Source: Catajapyx aquilonaris
Taxonomy: Eukaryota
Reading direction: 5' to 3'
Length of the DNA: 64,000 nucleotides
Assembly: GCA_000934665.2 (NCBI GenBank)
Contig: KZ538357.1
Location: 1-64,000 of the forward strand
The position numbers and the translations under genes were made by a program. The notes beneath the pieces are model-generated. The model was not told the DNA's origin. It saw nothing but the letters and a program-made list of their open reading frames with translations, and searched no databases. This document shows, piece after piece, positions 26,167-38,000 of this stretch. Within the stretch, counting starts at the first letter, position 1, and each line of letters opens with the position of its first letter.

Positions 26167-27764
26167 CAATTACTCAAAACCACAATGAAACCAGTCTTAG
26201 GTGTTTAGGAAAACACATTGTTCCAATGGATTGCTCTTTTGTCTTCACAACTGAACCTCAGTGTGTTTGTGGGACTGAGCCATGGAGAACAAATTTTTAC
26301 CCCTCCTCTTATTTCTAAGCATCAGATTATTTTTCTAGTTTGCAATTCTCAGGCAGAACTTGGGAGTGATCAATTCTGTGTTCTGAACTGGTGTTTCTCT
26401 CCCCTTGCCATTTGTTGCTCCTTTCCTGCTGCATGCATATTGACTAAGTTATTTCTGCCATTCCCAGATTCCAGACATTGAAATATTTCATGCATAATCA
26501 AGTTCCATGAAGGTTTGGAAAAATCACCTATTTTTGGAAAACTGTTGAAACACTTTTATTGTAATTGGTAATCTTATCAATATGGATTTTGCCACATGCA
26601 GTAATTTATATTATGTGCACAATGTGCACAGCGATGATTTCATATTATTTAAACGGCGACATTGAGCATAAATTGCGCTATATCTTTTTTCTGTACAGAG
26701 CAGGAACAATAATCCCGTGGATTCCGTATTTTTTGAATGTTGATGTATGCAGTGGGGCTCAAGTTGCCATATAGAAAAATGCATTTAGAATGGGGGTGGA
26801 GGAAGGAGGTGTGGTCTGTCACTGTTGCATTGTTCATCAGGACTGCCCTCCCTCTCACCCTGGAGTGTTTATATTGTGACCCAATCTGCAAAGCTATTTA
26901 TGAACAGTTGGAACCTAGCGAAGGCGTAAAACGAGCTGTGTATTATAAGTAAGATTTGTCGGAGCTAGTTGTCATCCCCACTTGTGTAATTTTTCCCCCA
27001 CTTTTGAAATGTATAGTATGTATGTGTGTGAAGACTTTCGCTATGACAGTGAAATACAAGATCCTTTTTCATAGTGTCTTGGATTTTCTTGGTGGGCAGA
27101 GTACTTGATCAAAAAAACAAAAACAAAAAACACACATTGCAGGTAGAGTTGACCTCCATTATAACATACTCGAAAGGCCGGTCCTGGTCGAAAGGCCCTG
27201 TATAATATTGTTACTTCTGATATAACAGACTCATTTTCATCCCACCTACGGCTATAACAGACCATGTTTTGGCCCATCGCATCGGTGGGAAAATATGCTG
27301 TTTTTGATATTCAAATTCTTTTCTCACAGGCAGGAATGTAAAGAATGGGGGGGGATTTTCCCATCTGTCACTGGTATAAGCTACTCAAAAATAATACTTT
27401 TTCTTGTATACGAGTAATTGGGAAGAAGGAGACAGCAGAAGAAAATTACAATTTCTTGGTCTTGCCTAATTTACAGGTGAGCTAATTTTGAATTTTTGTG
27501 TATACAGTAGTTTCATTGATAAATACAGTAGTGTGCACTAGAAGCATGTGGAAAGCAGAAAACTTCGTGTATTTGTTGTGAAAATGGCGATTTGGCCATA
27601 ACATACTTTTTTCCACTGCCCCTTGAAGTCTGTTATATCCAGAGTCAACTGTACTGGATACTCGTAAATGGACTGCGTATAGATGTAGAAGGTGCAAGTT
27701 AAGTGTTGCTAGTTCTAGGTCTTCCAACTTGCCTGCAAGAAATACAACGACAGTGTTATGTAGG

Positions 27765-27883
27765 GAGGCAGGGCGTGTGCCAAAGTTGGCACACGCCCTG
27801 CCTCTTGAATCACTACATCACTACCTGGTCACAAATGAGCAGTTCTGCTCATTTGTGACCAGGTAGTGATGTAGTGATTCAAG
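27765..27883. repeat. Two adjacent perfect inverted repeats (19-bp and 39-bp arms, 2-nt centres)
   Basis: GAGGCAGGGCGTGTGCCAA-AG-TTGGCACACGCCCTGCCTC, then CTTGAATCACTACATCACTACCTGGTCACAAATGAGCAG-TT-exact reverse complement. Confidence 0.95.
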
Positions 27884-28966
27884 TGAAACCTACAGGTGGA
27901 ATCTTCCTTGGTATCCCCCACCACTCCCGTCAAGAAAAAAAATCCGAATGCATAAGAAACATGGTATAATTGCAGGTAGACTTCAAAAATACAGTAAAGT
28001 CGTACAATACTAGGAAGTAGGAAAATGATGTGACCTTGCGGTGCCATGGACCTTGCATTTACTGCTCAAACTTCAAGAGCCCTATGCAAATTGTTCCACC
28101 CCAGCTTCATATTGGTCGATCATGAAATATTGAAGGGGGGGGGGGGGGATGTGTGTGGGTGTGTGTGTGTATTGGGAGGGGGTATTATAAGTGAAGAAAA
28201 ATAGCTTTCTAGCACGTCTTCTCACCTTTCACCCACTTTGGGGCGTTTACAGCAAATTTTGTGGCAGCTGCTTCCTGATGGCGGCCTCTCACCTATCCTG
28301 ACCACCTTCACGCATTTTGATGGAGAGGCGGGGCACCCCACACCACACAGGTGCGAAAATACATACAGATTAGATCGAGTACTGGTGTAAATATCCCCTC
28401 ATACATCTGGATAAGTAATTGCCTAGATCAGAATGTTTTAATATGTCTGTCATGTCATCGAAAGTCATTTTTTTGGCTCCCAAAGTGACTATTTTAGTAG
28501 TAAACAACCATAGTGCACTTTTCACATCTCCGGTGTTAACATCCTAGAGCAACCCCGTTAATTACAAAATTTCTAGCCAAACTCCGCCAGCCCCTAATTT
28601 AGGGAACATTCTGCGTTTGAGTGCTTATTGTGCCGGAGGAAGCTGGCAACAAAATTGGTCCGATCTGGCAACATGTGCGAGGCGGCTCGTAAAGACAGAA
28701 AAGACGAGCCGCTCTTCTCTCTGGGGCGTAATTGCCCCGGTAGGCCATAAAACATAGCCCGGCCCCAACATGTATTTTCACCATCTTAAATTTTCGCGTT
28801 CACCTCCAACAAGAGTCAGAAACAATTATAATAATACAAGAATGCGTATTAAAACATGCATTGGTGTTATGCTATTTATAGCGGGTTGTGTGTATTGTCG
28901 CTTGGTGGTTAACTGGCGCTGTGGTTTTTGGCGGGTTGTATGGTGGTGAGCTTCATTCTTCGCTCT

Positions 28967-28977
28967 TCAGTTCAGTT
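28967..28977 (+). promoter_or_regulatory. Candidate arthropod initiator (TCAGTT twice) of the p75-like gene
   Basis: TCAGTTCAGTT about 100 bp upstream of ATG 29076, in a CpG-rich segment. Confidence 0.35.
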
Positions 28978-29075
28978 GGCGGCTAAGCCTCGCTGGGGTA
29001 GGAAGGTTCTTGACCAGCAGTGGTGCTACAAGCATGGAGTGACTCGGTGGTGACTGGTGAGGACAGGCGACAGAT

Positions 29076-32000
29076 ATGGAGTCGGTTAGCTTTGGGTTGC
29101 TTCTGGCTGCTGTCATCGCGGTAAGTTCAGATGTGCTAACTTTGACCCTTTTTGCGTACTCATTTAGGTGCCATTTTCGGTCGTAATTTTTTTATGAAGG
29201 GATTGTAAAACCTGGCCTTGCGATTTTTATAGTCGAGGGTGGTGTTGCTCCACAACGTGTGATTATTTACACTGTCTCGAGTGATTTTTGCTCGATTTGA
29301 ATTCTATGGCTGGTCTTGCACTATTTGTGACACACATTGTTAACGGAAAAACTACTTAATTGTTCACGCCCTGTTTACTAATCCATGTGCAGTAACGCTA
29401 CAATGTGTCATCCGCTTCTTCAGCAGAATACCTATTGAGAATCCGGGTAGGTTTTTTTCCTTACCGTACCTAAAAGCCTGACAAAAAGAGGATTAGAAAC
29501 TCTTAAAACCTCGATGAGTTTGTAGACCTACTCGAGTATCTCACGTAATCCCCACGTTTCAGCATGGTCCTTTCAAGAGGATTATTCCCCCCTCTACGAA
29601 CAAAGCAAAAGAAACCCATTGATACACTCCATTTCGGGGGACCTGAAAAGCTATACGAAAATCCCAGATTACATTNNNNNNNNNNNNNCCCTCTACTGTA
29701 CCTCATAAGAACGTAATTACATACACGCATTTTTCAGAAGTTCCAATGTAGGCCATATTTTTCTCAAACCCATGATACCATCTAGACACCTGTCATCCAC
29801 ATTTAAGTAATACCCAGCATGCCGAACAGGTCTTTTCGTGTCTCATTAGCATACGTCATGAGTTTTTACATGATGACAGCTTATTACACGTCATGTTACA
29901 CACTTTACCATGTAATTAAAGCATAGTCTTCCGGTCGCATAACCATCAGACCCGATTTGACCTAATATCTCTTGGGAGGTCCATTTTCATAACAATAGTC
30001 CAAAAAGGCGTTGCTCTCACACTGTGATATGTGAAGGTCAGATCCAACAGGAGGAAGTATGGACTGTCGGCCATATGACATCCTGAGGGTTGATGGTGGA
30101 AGGTTCCGTCCGAAGGGAGGGTCTAATAAGCATGAGCCGCCACCGAGGGTTTTTCTTTTTAAGCCCACCGCCAGAGGAAAGCGCCTATTGGGCCCGGGTC
30201 CAAACCCTAGGGGAAAAGGACTCTAATGCAATTGTAGACCAGGATGGAAAGCTAGGGGCAAAAAATTACTAGGGGGGACTAAAAGACGCGTGTAATTTGC
30301 ACCGGCTGCCGACATTTACTAAAATAGATATACCCTAGAGAGGTCATCAATCTAGGATAGGGCATGACATAACTGAGAGGGGGTGTAGTGTCAATGTAGA
30401 GATTACATGTAATTACCGGTCTAGATTAGGGAGATAAGAGAGTCTGGTTTACAACCGGATTCGCACCGATGGCGAAATAGATATAGTTTGCTTTGAGGCA
30501 CGGAAGCCGCCCCTTTTTTTAACTGGAGTAAAAAATAAGCGTCGCTTCCTGAGAGATAAAGCCAGGAGGGCATGGCTTGGGGGATCATTGAAAAGACATT
30601 ATGTAAACCACTCTGGAGTGGCAAAATGTGTTTGTTTGCCTTGCAAGCTGGCAGAACAGGATTTTTTGGGGGATGGCAATTGATGGACTTGTGTGAAAAT
30701 GTCGGCTGGCTATGATCATGTCTGGAACATGTTCGTTGAGTGGAACAACTACTAATGCGGTTTTAATTGGGTCTGGTACGCAGGTGCTTCCATGGTCGGA
30801 GCGTAATAAGGAAACGTTTTAGTTTTTTATGTTACTATCCTTTTGGTAGTAATCAAGTCTGTCCAGATAGATTTTTTCAGACATGCTTGACGGATTTGAA
30901 TTGAATAGAGTGTAAGTCAGGAGTACAGGGTGTGGCATATGTGCGGAGGAGATGATTATCCTGGAAGAAAAACCAGTTCCAGCCTTGATTATTCAGCATG
31001 TGAAACGAAACTGCCGGTGTCCTTTTCACTACTTTTTTTTTATATATCAAACCTTTAAGGCAGCTGCTTCGATGTCACGAAACGTCCTCTAGTTTGACAT
31101 GGAAAAATGGCCGGGCATCGGGGACAAGCTGAAGAGTCACTAAGGCTTTTGTTTGGCACCGACTCAACTATGCTACTTTGCATGCCCCTATCGGAATGTC
31201 GTGCATTGTCAACTAGTGCACTAGTGTGGAAATAATCGGCCGTATACATTATGTTTCAAACAAAAAAAAATGAAAAAAAGAGGGGCAGTGAACGCACGCG
31301 ATGTTTCGTGTCTTATCTCTAATAGCTATGTATTATCCAAGGAATCAGATATAAGGCGAGAAAGTACACGCTCTGGATTCACGCTATCTTGATTATCATC
31401 GGTTGTAATAATGACCTTTTTTATGGGTTTGAAGAATCAGGCTGTTTGGTTCATAATCTCCAGCGGTTTTCAGGGTGACAGTGCTTGGTGATGTCATGCC
31501 AAATAAAGCGGTAAAACTTCAAAGGATGAGTGGATGGGGAAGCCATGTTGACATAGAAGGCGTTGGTTTTTTTTTGGTTGCTTCCCCCCCTCATCCTGGT
31601 ACCAAACTCTCCGTATCCACATGGCTTCCGGAGGCCTTTTGTCGGCGTCGGAACAACAATGGGGGGGTTTTTTTTTTTCCTTTTATGCGGAATGAGCAGG
31701 TGGAGTGTTTGGGAGAACGCCCTTCCTCTAAATGGCCCTGTGCAAATGTTGGGCAATCTGCCGTTTTTATCCGGGGCTATATTTTAAGAAGATAGTCGAG
31801 ATTAATGTATAACCTTAGATAGGGCTATATAGCCATATCTGAGGCTGTATATGGCTTTAGAGTGGGGAGTAATGAGAGGAGTACCTATAAATCGCCGGGT
31901 TGACCACATGGCGTCTGTATCAAATAGGCTTTTCGGTGGAAGTTGGGTAATATTTTTATTAATCGTGTATTCTTCGCGCGAATGTAGCCGAATATGTCAA

Positions 32001-35000
32001 CGCGGTGTCTATGAAAGTTGTGGAGCAAAAAATTAATGTATGCAAGTAAAAAGAGATAGAAGAAATATTCAAAGGTAGTCATTTATCGCACCGTGAAAGA
32101 ACTGAACGCGATCTTTTACACTGATTGTTTCTATATAATACTGTAATGCCATATAAAATGGTGAAATTAGTGTTGTTCAGTTAATGGGACGATTATAAAA
32201 ATCGGGTTGATAATTGTTGGGATTTTTTCATGGTGAGAAAGAACTTTCGAAAGGTATACAATCATTAAAAATTTATTGCGGAGATTACAATGTATATGGC
32301 GCGTAATTAATGAATTGCAGTAACTAAAATGTTAGTGGCGTAATCAGTTTTCAATGACTCGACTAGCACTTCCCCATCGTATTAATTGGCCGCCCAAGGA
32401 GCTACAGTCCTAAAAGTATCTTTGTAATTTCATGACGAGTTCTACCAAAAAATTATTACTAACTCAACACAATGAACTTATAAATACGTTTTATGGTTTT
32501 TGTTTCCGTAAAATAATAGAACATCAGAGCAATGATTCATATCTCAAAATCTGACGACAAATATGTGGCATTATTTCAGGTGGCAAGAATGGAGGAAACC
32601 ACAGTCCGAGCGATTGATCTGACAGTGATCAGCACGTGCCCACCGCACCAGTACAACTTGGAGGACAGCAATAAGTGCTGCCAGAAGTGTCCTCCCGGAA
32701 CCGGAGCAGTGCAACTCTGCAGCCCCGAGTCCGACACCAAGTGCATGTCGTGTACTCCTGGGCTGACCTGGAGTCCCAACACGGACCTGGATGGATGTCG
32801 GCCGTGCTCCTCCTGTCCGGTACATTCCCACGTGGTCCTCCAGTGCAACACGACTAGAGACACCGTCTGCGAGTGTGACAGAGACCACTTCATGGAGGGC
32901 GGAGGATGTCGCTCTTGTGACCTTTGCCCCCACGGCTGGGGAGCCTCTAGGCCATGTACCCCTCAGCACAATACGGTATGCCGTATGTGCCCTCCAGGAA
33001 CATACAGCGGTGTGCTCAGCTCATCACTAGGATGCATTGTCTGTACAGTTTGCGGGAAGGACCAGCATATGCTACAGCAGTGCTCTCCCATACAGGACAC
33101 CGTCTGTCTGGGTAAGTCTCACACTGCCTGTCTCTGTTCTAGAGGCAGCCACCGGAACGGGCCCGTATAAATGGAGCTCCTGTTTGAGAAGCTCAAGGCG
33201 TGTCGACACAACTTCCAGTCAGTGGGTGACACCGCATTCCCTCCAAAAGGGCCAATTTGTTTTCCAGGCCATCAAAAGTAGGGAGCAATATGGCTAGGCC
33301 CATACTTTTGACATGCCCCACCGCACCTCTTCAGAAAAAGCTTCGTCCGTGGAAGAAGCCCCCAGGGAGGGAGCGGTCTCGGTTTCAATTGCAGCCCACC
33401 CGAAATATCCGGAGGGTTCGGAATTTGAGCTTTTACTCTAGCCACCTCTATACTTCCAAAGGCCCATGGGGAGTGGGGCAATTTGACCTTTTGGCACAAA
33501 TGTTCCGTTTTGTGTGTCCCAGACCTCGAAACAAAGGCGGCGGTTGTGTCTGGACCTGTAACAGTCGGTTGGGGGGGAGGGGGGGGGGATATCAACTAGG
33601 ACATATATATTTAGAAAAAAATCAGGGCTGTTGAATGTAGGTAGATATATGTTAATATACAGTACAGTGTTGAACATTAATCGCGTTATACTGCTGGCGA
33701 CATATCCCGACGCGGCAAACTTGCAAATCGAAGTGATAGAGTAAGAAGAGGTAGGCTTTGAATGACGTCTCCGGCTGGGGGGCAATGGAGATAAGGCTTG
33801 TCCCCAGCCAGTGACGACACCCGAGGGCTACCATTTCTTACTCGCACGGCTCGCTCTATCACTTCGATTTGCACGTCTGCCGCGACGGAAAATGTCGCTA
33901 GCAGTATGACGGAATTAATGTCCAACATTACATTCGTTTAGCCCCCACGTTTGCATCCCCCAACTGAGGGACGGTTTTGTAGGCTACCTCGTCTTTCCAA
34001 CACCTCTTGTTGTATAGTGTTGGTGGGCGGTGCGGACTTCTAGTGGAATGGAATTCCAGGGGCAAGGTAGAGGAATGGGGCAAGAGGGGGGGGGGGGCCT
34101 TAGTCTTCTTTCGTGATTAAAGCCACCCAGCCGAACACAACCATAATGGTAATGCAGACGGAGGGGTTGCTCTCCTGTTGTTGCCCTGGCCATTAAAAGA
34201 GACACCACCTGGCACCTCTGCTCCACCCACAAATGAAATGGAGCTAGCTGGGCTCCCCCTTGATTAAATCTGCCTGTTTGTAACGTTCCTCACTTAAAAG
34301 ATGGACTATAGGGGGAGGGGGAAAAAATATGGAAGGGAAAATGTCATAAAAGGTGCAGCTGGTGGATTCACCAAAATGGTGGCAACTTAGCACCTTTTGT
34401 GTGAGATCTTTCACATTTTTTTGTACCTTCTTGGCTGACCGGGCCATTTTGGGAAAAGGTGCGAATGAGACCAAGGAAGGCACGAAAAGTGGCATCTCAG
34501 AGAAGGGGAGTCGTAAAATGGAGCGGTCTATAATTATGGCGGCGGTTGTATTAGCGGTTGGGAGTGTTGCATGATGGAAATGTCCGCCATGCTGGAAGCT
34601 CTTGTGTCGTAAAATTTTTGGGGTTGCAAGCCCCACACTAAAATCATTCAAACTTCAGACCTGAAGAAAATTAAGCACCAGGATATGTCCTAAATGTTGA
34701 AAATTTTGCGTAATTGCACTGTGCCCATTCTATGATGAAATAATTTGGATCCACTTTTTCCACTGTGCACAATGGGTGGGGAGATATTTATGAATGTATA
34801 GTTAGCGTATAGCCGGTAGTTGCGTTGCTGTAAATTGAGAGCAAGGACGGCGCTATTAGAACCGAGAATCAAGCCTGACCAACACTGATTGCAGCAATTA
34901 TCCGCATGTAATTGCCTTATCATATCTACAAACGTGATTGTAAGTGTAGATACATGGAAGTTGGATTTATGGATCTATTTGTTCCGGTAAAAGTTGCTTT

Positions 35001-38000
35001 CGTATAACATGGGCAATTTAACAATATCCTGGCACAGACGCCTCTGCAATTTGGACTGTTGCATTTGCGCAAATAATACTAGAGTACAAGTATTCGTAAC
35101 CATTGGAATCGTGTGAAAGGGCCATAACCAGTAAAATATGTAGACATTCTGCACGCTTTGAATTAAGTGCTGTCCTTAGCCAACTCCGAGTCCAAAAGCA
35201 TTACAAATGGCCATTAATTTGCGGATACAGAACTACCGCGTAAAAATTGTACCCTTCCGGAGGAATTTTTAAACTGATAAAAAGCGCGTTTATGCAGCGG
35301 CACTTCTTTGATTAAGAAGAACCTGCTGGCTCATTATAATTCATGCTAAACATTTCCCAGTATGATATGTGGCATCCTACACGCATTTACCGGATAGGGG
35401 GTTCATTCAACTGCTCGGTCCGGATCACTTTGATGTCATCATTATTCCCGCACTACAGATGGACCTTACTTGGCCTCACCACAACAACACGAAAACAAAA
35501 AGGAAAACCAGTTCTACAAAAGAGGGCGTTATTTTTTCCCTCTTCTTATGATGAATTGGTTAATTAAAGTGCGACCGACCGAATTTTTTTATTGTTCTAA
35601 CATTTCTCCAGTGCTATTAGGATAATATTGAGAATCATGATAAGTCCTGATATAAAAAGTCTCGATTTTTTTTTTGATTAGTTTTCTAAACCCCTGAGGA
35701 TATAAAGTGACAAATGGAAACAGCTTTAGACGCAGCCAAGCGGTGAAAATGACGTAGTTTTTACGACGCATCCAAATTAAGAAGCTGCCGTTGTGTATCT
35801 CTCCATCGCATCTCCTTTATCTCTGCCGTGGATTATTTTATAACTGCTGCACTTAAAAAGCGAAAGGGTTAAAAAAAGTGTGAAAAGGGCCTCCCCCCAT
35901 CATGGTATTTATTTCCTAAGAGGTATCAAATTTCACACGGGATGGAGTACAGCTGTAAACCACAGCAGCCATTTTTATATAGCCCACACACGCAGATTGC
36001 TTTTATTCTTAGTCTTTCATATCGTGTGGGCCATTATTCCACAAATTGCAAATGAAAATGGCCCTTTTTCCTCATTGGTGCTGTCAGCTGAGAGGCAAAT
36101 TACATGAGGCGAGACAAATAGATGGCCGTTGGGCCCGGTGCTTGCTGGCATCCCCACAAAGGACGGATCTGACCTTCCCGTGGTCGGCCGCGAATCCCCT
36201 CGAGATCCGACTCGCCTCGGAGAGAATAAAGGACAAAGACGCCGTAAATTCAGTCGGTGGACAAGAGAGATTTCTCTATGCTGACACGCCGTAAGATTTA
36301 AGATGCATATCTGGACCCGGGGGTGGATGCCACTTGTTCTGCCCTTTTAGCTTTGCCTTAAGTAATACAGGGGTCAGCCGGCATCGGGTTTATTCCAGTA
36401 CCAGTAGCACTAATGACGACATTTATATTACATATCGACATGTACTGTATGTAAAAATGAGAGTGTCCAGGATGGGAGCCAGTCACGGCCAGCATCGCAC
36501 GGCTGCAGCCAATCACGGCCAGTATCGCGCCGCTGCAGCCAATCACGGCTAGTATCGCGCCGCTGCAGCCAATCACGGCCAGTATCGCGCCGCTGCATCC
36601 AATCATTGGTGCCATCCACCCGGACAGACAGCCGGACACTCTCCTTTATCAAGTCCTTTATACTTATAGAGATTCATGCAGGTAATTGAATGAGAATGGT
36701 ATGTACTAAGGATTGTATAATGTACCTGCCGTCATCACTTGCACCATCTCTCTATTGTAAGCCAGTGTGTCCGACAGGATAAATTAAAAGTGAGGCCCAT
36801 CCAGTTTGGCCTAGTCGGCATCTGGTAATGAGTACGGATACCCCGTAGCCCGTACCGTATCATTAGGGGCTGCGCCTCCTTCCAGGGTACCCATTTGGGG
36901 GTCTCAACCCGGGGATTTCTAGCATCCCAACCAACCGGAGGGAATACTTCTTTTCCGCTATTACCTGCCCTTCCCAGCTTGATGATAATGAGGGGGTATT
37001 AGCTGCTATTAGGGTCCGGAGTGAGGAACTTGGTCCGGCCAATTACGGGGTGTCGTTGCAGACGCCATCTTGCTTGCCTATATATGCTAATTGAGTTTTT
37101 TTGTGCGACTCAAGAAGTGGCTTTCAAAGAGAACTTCATTTGTAGTTAATTTTTTTAAGACGGTTGCCTGACTTAAAGGTGCTCGGTTGGAAAAGTAGAG
37201 TTAGCTGGCTAATGAACTGCGGTGGTTCATGAATAGGATTAGAAAATAGGAGTTGTTATTAGCGTGTTATTGAAGGCCAATGACTTGGCTGGGTGTCAGT
37301 TACGCTGTTTGTAGAGTGAGTGATTTGCCATACCAGTTGAGGGTCGGTTATGTCAAATAAAATTCTGATGGAAATCTTCGTTAATAACGGATTATTATGT
37401 ATAAATATCCTTCATTAAGGTTCCTAAATGCGAGTTATTCTTCACGATGTTTGCATTCGATTCAACATTCGTTTACCTATACAAAATCACTGGACCGTTA
37501 ATCTGAATTCAGTGCTTTCATTTTGACTGCATAATTACAGCTTCAAATTCATCCAACTTCCGAACTTTCATTAGAGGCTTCGGGTCTCATCACGCATCAA
37601 TAGCTCCATTCAACCCCAGGGGAAAACGGTGAAAGTGAGAAAAACACCACCAAGGGATTAAATGTACCTCTATATTCACCCTGTGTTGAATCGCCCAGAA
37701 AAATGGATTAGCCCGCATATTTTATGTAACTTACATAATTTTACCATTTAATGACTTCTGGTGACTGGACACTAATCGTTAAAATTACATATTATTCCCG
37801 GATAAGAATATTTCGCTTACTAACAATTGAGTTCAATAACAATATTGCATTATGCAAATTTTTAAATTCCTGTAGTATGGCAAACCGTTCAGCAGGAGAT
37901 GCCTGATCATATCGTTATCTTACATTAGTTTTTTTTGCGCAAAACATTGAAAACAAAATACATTGCGTGAGAAAAGACCTGGGTCACTGGTGTACTCAAC

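Noticed and set aside
36477..36605. CRISPR-like 30-bp repeats
   Set aside because: Units are contiguous with no unique spacers, there are no cas genes, and the context is eukaryotic.
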